Origin: Adineta vaga
Taxonomy: Eukaryota; Animalia; Rotifera
NCBI GenBank assembly: GCA_021613535.1
Contig: CP075495.1
Span: forward strand, 3,720,001 to 3,784,000
Direction: 5' to 3'
DNA: 64,000 nt
The notes beneath the pieces are model-generated. The model saw only the letters and a list, made by a program, of their open reading frames with translations, made no database searches and was not told the DNA's origin. A program made the translations under genes and the position numbers. Numbering within the stretch: the stretch's first letter is position 1; every line of letters begins with the position of its first letter. Positions 1-10,340 of this stretch are shown here, piece after piece.

Positions 1-3000
1 TCGTCGACATTGCACCAAATATTGCAGTAAAACGAATTTAAAATTATTTCTGAATTATATTTAAACGAAATTTCAATTCTAAATTATAGGGAGCTAGTGG
101 AGCAACAATTGTCTGGTCAAAAGATGGTTCAACCAATTTACCTCAAGGTGTAACTGCTCGTGATGATGGTTTCTTACGTATTGAAGGTCATTCACAAGAT
201 GTTGCCGGACAATATAGTCTTGATGTAACAAATGCTCGTGGTCGTATATCAACACCACTTGTTGTTCGTTGGAAAGACGCATGTAAGAATATATTTTAAA
301 AAAATGAATACAAACAAACTAAAATAAAAAGATTCTATCTTTGTAGCAAATAATTCGTATCGAAGACGAAGAACAAGAATAAAACTGCATAAAAACTAAA
401 CGACTATTTACAAAACTTGACTACTTTTTTCCGTAGATAATTCCTTTAGTGAAGTCCCTTTTGTATACCCGTGCTTTATTTATTAAGAAAATTTATTTCC
501 TCGTAGAGCTATATTTTATTAAAATATAAATTATATATTTATTTATTTATCTATTTTTTGAATATTTTAGCAAGTCAACAGGGTCAACAGGGTCAACAGG
601 GTCAACATGGTAAGTAATATATATATATCTATATATATAGTTTATTATGTTTTATGATTCGCTTCTGCTTTTGTTTAACCTTTTAATCGCCTACATTTGC
701 TTTTGCTTATTAATTACTTAACTAATAGCTAATCAATATCGACGAGTTCAATGGAATGTTCATCAACTTGATTTGAATGAAGGACATCGTCTTGAAGCTA
801 TTTGTCGAACAGATGTTGATCCATCTACACTTCAGTTAGATGTTACACGTCATAATCGACAACAACGTGAACGTGTACCACTTGGTCTCTCATTTTCTAA
901 TGGCTATCTTTCATTAGCTGCTGTTACAAAACAAGATGATGGTCTTGAATTCATCTGTTCATCAGGAGATAATTCTGATATTCTAATACTTCATGTTCGC
1001 TCATCGAGTAATGCTTTTGCAATTCTAATTCTATCATTTGCTTGCTTTGCGCATGTTTAATAGTTAACAAAAATTTTCCTTTTTTCTTAAAGCAAATACC
1101 AATGATTTTTTTCTTCGTTACAGGTGCTGATGGTCAAGATCATCAACGTAGTTATATTCAAGTTTATCTTCAATCACGTGATGAACAAAGTCATCAAGTC
1201 GGACGTGATATTTACTTACAATGTACCGTTCAAGGAAGTGTTGAACGTCCATATGAATTCTCATTTACTAAAGATGGTCGACCATTAGAAAATAGTAAGC
1301 ACATTTTATTGATCTACAATGAAAAAATATATGTCTTCTTCTATTTTAATAGATGTCGAAGTACATCCTGATGGTTTATTACTTATTCGTAATGCTCAAG
1401 CTCAAGATGCTGGTCGTTATCGGTAAGATATATCTTTCTAAGAACTAATTCAAAATGAAATTGTTTTCTCAAATATTGTAGATGTGAAGTTAACTTCCCA
1501 CGTACACCAGAAGCTGGTACACAAGAAAGTAGTTATGATCTTCGTCTTGATGGTGCTTCAGCAAGTGGTTATGAACAAAATTATCAACATGGCGGTGATC
1601 ATGGACAACAAAGTGGACATGTTGAAGTCACTGTTGAACCATCCGAAGTAACTCTTCAACGTGGTCAAAAAGCAACAATTACATGTCGAGTTAAAGGTGC
1701 TGATCAATACAAAGTAACATGGGGTCAATATGCACATGATACAAGTCTTCCTAGTTTCGCTCGTGTACGTATTTCTATCATAGTTTTGAATTAATCTATC
1801 ATGTTTTTTTTTCTTCTATAATTTACATATTAATAGCAAGAAGGAAATGATGTTATCATTGCTCCTACTGCTGATACACCTGATTCTCAGACGTATTTTC
1901 AATGTCAAGTTGATATCCCAGGTCAAGGTCAACCAAATACTGCTTATGCACCGGTCAATATTCAAGGTGGAGATCAATCAAGTAAGAAGAAGAAGAAGAG
2001 ACGCACGTAGATAAACAACAAACTTGTGTGAAATATTAATACACACTAGTCAATATGAACAGAACAATAATATAATCTTTTTCTTTTTCTTTTCTTTGAA
2101 TTTTATTTGGTATCTATTTTCGTAAAACTAGGTTTTGAATTATTTCAAGCTCAAATTTATTAATTTTTTTCTTCTCTTGTGTTCTTTTTTCGCTTTGTAG
2201 TTCTTTCTATTTGATCAAAATGTTTTAGACTAGCTACGCTGATCTTTCTCTTTCTCTCTATCTCTCTCTTTATTCGTGTGCATACTCAGTTAGCTTCTTC
2301 ATGAATCGTTTATTATTATTATTATTTGTGTTTGTAACTGTAACACAGTGTCTCTCTCTCTCTTTCTCTTCTCCTATAGCCAAACTTGATTCTTTATTGC
2401 TAATTGCCCAACGGTGTTCTTTTCTTTCGCATATTTGCTATTACTACTATTACTACTGCTACTACTGTTGTTGTTTGTATCTGTTTTTTTGCGACTAACT
2501 TTATAAACAAGATCACTTAAACAAAAAAAGATTGCATATGTAGTCTAATCTCTAGAAATATTTAGTAATGTTTGAAAAAGTAGATACTATTAATTCAATC
2601 TGGATGACTATCAGATTATTTTATGAATTCATTTAGCTATTCTTCGCAGACCGAAATTATTTATTGAACCATCAACACATATTCGAGTATCTGAAGGAGA
2701 CAAATTACGTATTAGATGTTTTGATCCATACGAAACTTATAGAACAGCAATTCGTTGGTTTAGGTTTGTATAGTGATTGAAAATTTATTTAACTGAAAGC
2801 AGACTAGTCATCCTGAAAATGAGATGTATCAAATATTAATTGTTCATTAACAAATAAAATCATATTTTTGATATTAGTACCATACAAATTTTTATGGTCT
2901 CTATATTAATTTAGAAAAGGGGATATATTAATAACATTATTAAATCAGCATTCGAACGGTATACTTGATTTCGATTCCATATCAGAATCAGATATTGGTC

Positions 3001-5549
3001 AATATATTTGTCGAGGTAGAAATCGTGTTGGTTATACTGAAGAAACTGTTACAATTGAGATTGCTGGTAATATAAGTCACGTTTGAAAACGAAGGAGTTC
3101 GCATTTTTTCAATGTATAGGATCGCCACCGTCGATTGACATTGCACCTAAAATGCATAATGGTTATCTTCAAGTACCATTTCAATCAAGACAAACTATTG
3201 CATGTCTTAATCAAGATAATCACACAGCTGTGGATATTACATGGCGTCGAGCAGATATTGTATGTCAATGACTTTTATATAAAAACTTAACGAATTTATT
3301 TTTCAGATTGATTATGATTTATCAAGAACACCTTATCTATTTCCACCAAATATGCCCTTACAATTTGAACATAATGGTACCTACGTCTGTATTGCAACAA
3401 ATAAATATGGATCAACTTCCAAAACAATCATTATCGATAGTAAATATAATTTTAAAATGAAAATCTTCTTTTTATTTTCAATTTTACGAATTCATTTAGT
3501 TCAAAACACAAGTTATGAATTATCTATTGATATTGAACCAACAGATATATTTCCTATCAATACTGAAATTCATTTGAATTGTAAATTACCACATGCACAA
3601 CGTATTTGGTGGTCATCAATCAATCATCGACGACGTGAAAATAATCCTTTACAAATTCGTGCTGGTTTAAATTCAATTAATAAAAGATTTGTATGTCATG
3701 CAAGAGATATGAATGGAAAATTACAACGAAAAATTGTTCGTATTCAACGATATTCACAAGAACAATTGATTGCAGTGATTGCTAATAATACTATCGACAG
3801 AAGTTTACACGAAAAGAACCAAAAAAGTATGTAATGCTTGGTTTTTATCGAATATCAATGATCTCTTTGATTTTACTTTAGTAAAACCTTCTGAAGTTTA
3901 TATCAAATTAGTTACGGCTTCAGATGAAATTAAGGAAGGAGAAGTTATTGATATCTACTGTTATGTTGAAGGTAATCAATCGATTTCAATTCTTTGAAAA
4001 TAGCAAAATTTCATTTTTTAGGCCTACCACCAAAGAAATTATCTTGGTCATTTCAATCAGGTCTATTACCAAGTAATACCTATCTGACAAATGATGGTCA
4101 TCTATTCATATATAATTTTGATAAATTTAATCTCGGTACATATACATGTTCAGTCGATGTTCCAAATAAACATCTATCTCGATCGATTGATTTTCAATCA
4201 AATAATTTCTCATATACAATCGAACCAACTCTTTCCTTACAAGTCTATTCATCACGTTCAGATTATTATTTTGGCGGTCGTCTTGTTCTTGAATGTATCT
4301 CATCAGGTATGAATAAATTGATTTCACAAAATTTCAATTTATTCATCCAATTGTTGGTTGTTTTTTTATAGATCCAAATATTTCAACAATATGGATCAAA
4401 CGTAGCAATAGTTTTATCCGAAATATTACTCAATCATTTTTATTTCTTAATAAACTTAGTCGAAAAGATATTGCTCAATATCAATGTATATCAATGAATA
4501 CTACGAAACCTTTATTCATTGATTTTAATATTACACAAACTAATCTTCTAACACATACGTTACCAATTGAAAGAACTTCTGATCTTCATATTGAATTTCT
4601 TTCATCAATAAATCAATTAAAACTCAATGGAAATATTCTTCTAAATTGTTCATCAACAAATCAAACATCAATTCGATGGATATCAAATCATTCAAACAAT
4701 GAAATTCTAATAAATAATTCTTATCTTCATATACGAAAATTTTCCATCGATCATTTCAATTCATATCAATGTATAAATGATCATACACAAAAAAGTATCT
4801 CTTTATCTCGAATACTTTTTGATTCAATCAATAATTTTAATATACATAACAAGCAATTCATTCAACCAAATAATTCCATGATTGAAATTATCCAAGGAAG
4901 ATATATTGGTGATAATATTACATTAATTTGTCGAATTGGACAAGGTAAATATTAATCAATTGATTCTTTTGAAAGTATTTAACTTTTTCATTTTCAGATA
5001 TTTCTCATGGCAAAGTTGTTTGGTCAAATCTACCAAAACGTTTGAAACATTTTTATATTCGTGGTCCACGTTTAGAATTTCGTCCATTTAAACTTGAACA
5101 TCATAATCAATATAAATGTCTTATTAAATCAAAACGATCAAAAGATATCCTACGAAGATTAACATTCAATACATATGTAAATATTCGTGAAAGGTATGAT
5201 GGAAAACCAAGAATGAACATAACGATTGATACATCACGATTACTTTCAAATCAGGAATTACGATTAATTTGTTATACAGGTAAATTTTATTTGAATGAAA
5301 CAAGAAGAAATATTATTGAGTTAATATTTGTTTGTAGATAGTTTAAATAAATATCATCAATGGATTGTTAATGATCGAATACCAAATACGAAAAGTTATT
5401 ATGATTTATCGATTAATGATCAAACATCGAGTTTAATTATACCTGAATTTGATCTTCAATATGATTCGGGAAAATATCAATGTTTAACAAAAAATAGTTT
5501 TGGTACAACAATAAAGTATCTTTATATTGACAAAAAAGTATTTCACTAA
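1..5549 (+). CDS. Multi-exon Ig-domain repeat protein (perlecan/hemicentin-like Ig tandem array), 5'-partial; long isoform
   Basis: Phase-compatible GT-AG exons (e.g. 90-282, 571-609, 729-1007, 1124-1294, 1837-1981, 2637-2763) running to a stop at 5547-5549. They encode repeated Ig I-set motifs: IVWSKDG...DVAGQYSL, LQCTVQG...FTKDG...QDAGRYRC, SDIGQYICRG, HNGTYVCIATN, DSGKYQCLTKNSFG. No TM segment is seen at the C-terminus. Confidence 0.85.
347..399 (+). CDS. Putative alternative terminal exon of the Ig gene (SNNSYRRRRTRIKLHKN*)
   Basis: Acceptor TTGTAG ends at 346. It is phase-1 compatible with the donor at 283 and gives an in-frame basic peptide ending in TAA at 397-399. Confidence 0.45.
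571..609 (+). repeat. 39-nt microexon carrying a 9-bp tandem repeat (GTCAACAGG)x~3.5, encoding SQQGQQGQQGQH
   Basis: Flanked by TTTTAG and GTAAGT; symmetric phase 1-1; length divisible by 3. Confidence 0.75.
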
Positions 5550-7097
5550 GTGAATATTCACATATTTCATCTACAAGATGAAGAAAATTAGATCGATAGT
5601 TTCTTTTTTCTCGAATAGAAACCTGTGATAGATAGTTTTATGTGTTGTTGTTGTTGTTTTTTTACAAAATATAAAAATTTCTAAAGTTTTTATATAATAA
5701 AGTTAATATTTCCAAAGGAAAATTTTCGTTTGTTAATTATATTTAGAATAAGAATACAAAAAAAGCAATGTACCGTACTATGATTAATCGATAAAATACT
5801 CGATGTTTCGTCTAACTGATTAAAAGTATAAAAACACTTCAAAGTCTTTGTGTGTGAATTATGTCAACAAAAAATTGTTTGATTTGCAGACCTATTTCTC
5901 TGAGAATAAATAATTTTGACGTCAGAATAAGAACAAATTCATTCTGCGATAATCCTGTGTATGATTTTACTATACATGATTTTGCAAAATAATGGTAACA
6001 AATATAGTTTCAATGACGTAACATAAAGTGTCTATTAATTTGTCTCAAATAATCGAAAATTCTATACGTAATTCTCTTCGTATTGCAATATTATTGATAA
6101 TGTAGAGAAACAAACGAAAAACGGATATTCAGAAATAAATCAGGGTAAATTTGAGGGTGGGTGAAAATGATTGTTTTGATCATGATAATTTCAATGTATG
6201 ATTTATCACAGATGAATTTAACAACTAAATAAAATATTGTTTGAAATTGTTTCGGGGACAGAACGTATAAAATCTACCATATGCGTCATAAAACAATCTT
6301 AAAACTGTTGTTTAGCATAAAATTATGCTTCTCGACAACTATAGAGAAGGAAGTGATTGGAGAAAAAAACACGTAAACAATCGTATGAAACAAAGTCAGT
6401 TGAGTGCAAAACCTTATATCAATATGTTTATCTAAATATTAAATGAGATTTAAAAAACGACGAGATCGATAGGTTTTTGAAGACTTTGATGAACAGACAA
6501 TGAAGAATACTGTTTACTCTCATCGTATAAGCAAACTTGCTATTCTGCTTACTAAAGGACACTTTTCCTGACGTTTATTTTTTTGAATAACAAACAGTAA
6601 TCTCTAATACTTACCATAAGGTGAACAGTACTGATCGGTTCAAAAAGAATATATTAGAATGATAGTGATTTGAAACATATAATACCTTCCATCCTATTCA
6701 CATAGATAAATCAAGTATTAATATGTAAATCATGTTTTCTTTTTATTAATGATTCAAAATAGTTTATTCTTAGAAGACAATCCATATTGTTAACAGAAAG
6801 AAAAAATTTGAGTCAAAGTCTACGCAATAACATTCTCTTGATTTCAAAATTCTTACCGTTTCTTTTCCGATTTTCAATGTTCCTATAGAAATTACAAAGA
6901 TTTTGAATTGTTTGATCAGTGCTTTGAATGTCAATAAATCCAGAGTGATGGTATATTTCTCTTTGCTGACATTTCATTTTGCGAGAGAATTATTCATGAG
7001 AATTAAGAGAGTGTTGTGTAAAAATGAAGTTATTGAGAGAAGCAATATTACAATTCTCTCGTTTCTATAGTTTTCATTTTTTTCACGGATGCGTATC

Positions 7098-7125
7098 GAC
7101 GTCATCACTGATTGGCCTATATAAA
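7098..7125 (+). promoter_or_regulatory. Compact promoter: CRE-like GACGTCA, inverted CCAAT (ATTGG) and TATATAAA
   Basis: The three motifs lie within 28 bp, ~80 bp upstream of the ATG at 7207. Confidence 0.55.
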
Positions 7126-7206
7126 TCAGAGCATTTTCTCAGAGTCAATCCATTCCGAACAATATTTCAATCTCTTGGTTTTCATCAGTTGTGAATCAAC
7201 ACAATC

Positions 7207-7455
7207 ATGTCATCTGGTCAAGTTGTCCAAGCTGCCAGTACCGCTTTAAGTACTGCCGTTATTCTTGCTATTGCAATTCCATGCGCTGTTGTGGGTATTG
7301 GTATTATCATATGTGTTAGTATCTGTATTTATTGTTTATGCTGTCGTAAACCAAAAACAACTCCCGGTATGGTCATCCATCCAGAAGCTCCTCAACCAAA
7401 CGGCTACAATAATCCGCCATATAATTATAATAATCAAGCACAAAATGCATTATAA
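7207..7455 (+). CDS. Small single-pass membrane protein A (82 aa), Cys-rich juxtamembrane, P/Y/N-rich tail; CYYR1/Shisa-like
   Basis: Intronless ORF with TM VILAIAIPCAVVGIGIIICVSICIY, then CLCCRKPK and an NPPY motif; upstream TATA box. Confidence 0.8.
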   Translation: MSSGQVVQAASTALSTAVILAIAIPCAVVGIGIIICVSICIYCLCCRKPKTTPGMVIHPEAPQPNGYNNPPYNYNNQAQNAL

Positions 7456-7795
7456 TACAAACAATCATTTTCTTCCAAATTTGGAACTATATTAAACCTG
7501 TAGTGGTGACTAGTTTGCTTTATATCTAATTCTTTTTTTCTAATTTTTTAATGGAAATATTTATTGCATCGAATGATTACAATGACAGAGAAAGTCAAGT
7601 TTTATATGAATTCATTTGAATGTAGATTTTTCGAAACCAAATATATCCTTGTTACTTACCTTTTTATGTCATTCGAAATTTAAATCGAATCTAGAGAAAG
7701 ATGTATTTGTTGTGTCAAAGTAAATTTACTTCAGTATCAAAAGAAGACAAAAAAAGAGAGACATTATTGTTTCATTTAACATTGTCAAACTTGAC

Positions 7796-8062
7796 ATGCT
7801 AATGTCTTGTGATATTAATGGAACGAAATGTAAGAGATTTCGATCGGATGAACCAAAAAGTAATGATACTGTTCTGGGATTTATTCTTGGTTCTATAGCA
7901 TTATTTATCTTTCTTATACTTCTCTTTATACTGATATACGGTTTATGTGGTAAACAATATGTTCGAAATTTACGTCGTATTCGATTTCGATCATCAAATT
8001 CAAAAATACAAAATTCAGAACAGATAAACAATATTCAACAGGATCAACAATCGATTCCATAA
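7796..8062 (+). CDS. Small single-pass membrane protein B (88 aa)
   Basis: N-terminal C-x6-C with NGT/NDT sequons, TM VLGFILGSIALFIFLILLFILIYGLC, basic juxtamembrane segment and Q/N-rich tail. Confidence 0.6.
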   Translation: MLMSCDINGTKCKRFRSDEPKSNDTVLGFILGSIALFIFLILLFILIYGLCGKQYVRNLRRIRFRSSNSKIQNSEQINNIQQDQQSIP

Positions 8063-8443
8063 AGATCAATTTATGAAAACAATCACTTCCGATAAACAAT
8101 TACTGTATTGAATATTGTAAAATAGAGTTTATCTTTCATATGTAATTTTTTCTTTGTATATATATAATTAATAAAAACTGTACATAGACGATGAATTTTG
8201 AATTAAAAAGAAGAAAATATGCATTTCTTCTACTAATTTTCAAACATATCATCAATCAAATCATTCGTTACTATTTATTTTCTATCTATTTTGACTCATG
8301 TATTATAAAATTGAAACTTTTAATTTAAGTAAATTTGAATTTGTTCTGTAAGTCTATATACATACAAGCATCACGATTCTCTTCTACACTATGTTTTCTT
8401 TTTTGCTTCTAACATATTCATTTCATTTTCTTATCTATACAAT

Positions 8444-8785
8444 ATGCCATCTGTATGTTCTTTTACGATGACATGTCCATCTGATATGAGCGCTGCATTA
8501 GATTCTACTCATAGTATTGCTGGAACTATTGGTATTATTGTTGGAACAGCAATAGGACTTGCTTTTTCTTTATGCATTATTATAATGACTTATTTACTCT
8601 TTTGCAAACGAACAAAATCTCAAACACAAATGCATGAACAATCGGTTTCAATGTTTCCATATACATATTCTTCACAAACGCCAATGCAACAAGTCGAAAC
8701 AGATCTTCAAAAACCTACAGAAGATGAACCACCTGCCTATGAAGAAATTAACACACTCGAACGAACACCGACCCAGATAGTGTAA
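8444..8785 (+). CDS. Small single-pass membrane protein C (113 aa) with PPxY motif
   Basis: N-terminal C-x5-C, TM IAGTIGIIVGTAIGLAFSLCIIIMTYLLFC, then KRTK and PPAYEE; AATAAA just downstream. Confidence 0.8.
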   Translation: MPSVCSFTMTCPSDMSAALDSTHSIAGTIGIIVGTAIGLAFSLCIIIMTYLLFCKRTKSQTQMHEQSVSMFPYTYSSQTPMQQVETDLQKPTEDEPPAYEEINTLERTPTQIV

Positions 8786-9701
8786 CATAAGTTTTCATAT
8801 TTTCAATAAAGATCTGATAGCAATGATATTATTTACTAAATCAATCGAAAAAAGTGAATATTTCAATTTGAATGATCATGTACACATTCAAACAAATATT
8901 TCTATTTCTTTTATTTATTTAAGTTTCAAAAGACATAGTTAATATTAATTGTTTTTCATTCCTGTTTTTCTGCCCACACATGATTATTTTTTCGTTCTGT
9001 TAAAGAAAAAGTAGTGCAGATGGCTTTTTGTATCCATTGATTAAAACTAGACTTCTGATGTTTTTTGAATTTTACAATAGGCACAAATACAGAAACTTCT
9101 AAACGTGATCTTTTTGATTAGTCCCAAAGAACAATCAATTCAAATTAGAAATAGAACCTGATTCATGAGATTGGTGAAAGACCTGACAAATATTGTAGAT
9201 TTTATGTGCCTAATACAAATCTATATAATAGAAACTATATTGATAGAACAAAACAACACGTATATTATACCAAGATCTATAATATTTGATTTCTAGGCTT
9301 ATCATAAAAGAAAGAAACAAAGTTTTAACTATTTTATCACGTTGTATTTGCTTGAAATAATGAATTTAATTTGAAATGTAAATCATATGTTTCATTTTAT
9401 AATTAATTATCTTCAATTCAAATTATATTATGTTCAGTATTCAGAAAAATACTTGACAAAGGTTTCATTACATTTGTCAATTCTGTTCTTTTTGTTTTTA
9501 TCGAAGCGAAAATTTTCTTCTACCGGTTTTCTTTTCTTTTTCTCGCCCTTTTAGCAATGTAATTTTCGTTAAATAAATAGAAATCGTAACTGTTGCAATA
9601 TAAAGACACAAACGAAAAAGAACTGAATCCAAAACGTGTCTATTCTTTAATCCGTTCGCAAAAGAAAATTTCCAAAGTTTTCTTCATAAAATTTTAACAA
9701 T

Positions 9702-10046
9702 ATGTCAAGCGGAAGTTCATCATTAAGTACTGCCGATATTATTGGCATTGCTGTCGGTGGTGTACTAGCACTTGCAACAGTCATTGGCCTCATCTTTAGT
9801 TGTTATACAATGTGTTGTAAGAAAAACAAATCTCCACAAGTCTATCCTCAACAAGGTCAATATCCACCCTATTATCCACCGAATGGTGCTTATGGACAAC
9901 CGATGAATTCGGGTTACTATCAACAATATCCGCCGTATCAACAGCAACAACAACCCTATTCACCGAATAAACAATCACTGAATCTTGAACAACCACCAAC
10001 TTATTCTGCAGCAAATTCAAACGTGAATTCGTATGGCAAATATTGA
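9702..10046 (+). CDS. Small single-pass membrane protein D (114 aa), Cys-Cys juxtamembrane, P/Y/Q-rich tail with PPxY motifs
   Basis: Starts MSSG..LSTA like protein A; TM then MCCKKNK; PPYY and PPTY motifs; ATATAAA near 9598. Confidence 0.85.
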   Translation: MSSGSSSLSTADIIGIAVGGVLALATVIGLIFSCYTMCCKKNKSPQVYPQQGQYPPYYPPNGAYGQPMNSGYYQQYPPYQQQQQPYSPNKQSLNLEQPPTYSAANSNVNSYGKY

Positions 10047-10198
10047 ATATTACATGATAAGAACAGATATCTAAAGGGAAATTTCTTTTTCTTCGGATCA
10101 CATATGATTTTTATCTAATAAACAAAGAATTCTAATCCTGTTGGAAAACATATTTAATTTGAAATCGAAGATTTATTGATATTAATGAGTAAATATTC

Positions 10199-10238
10199 TG
10201 ACGTCAATCATTTCATGATAAAATATTCATCATATAAA
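10199..10238 (+). promoter_or_regulatory. Palindromic CRE (TGACGTCA) plus TATA-like ATATAAA upstream of the polycystin gene
   Basis: TGACGTCA at 10199-10206 and a TATA-like motif at ~10232, ~100-140 bp before the inferred ATG at 10341. Confidence 0.4.
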
Positions 10239-10340
10239 ACATGTTAGAAAGTTTCCGATTCTAAACTTGACATAAGAATACTGACATCTAATCAACAAAA
10301 TCATTTCATATAGAAGAAGATTTTCTTGAACAATATCATC

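Noticed and set aside
2301-2498. ORF MNRLLLLLFVFVTVTQC... resembling a signal peptide for the downstream Ig exons
   Set aside because: It is built from TTA/CT/TAC simple repeats typical of UTR or intron DNA, with no convincing in-phase donor. The 2637 exon is already explained by the donor at 1982.
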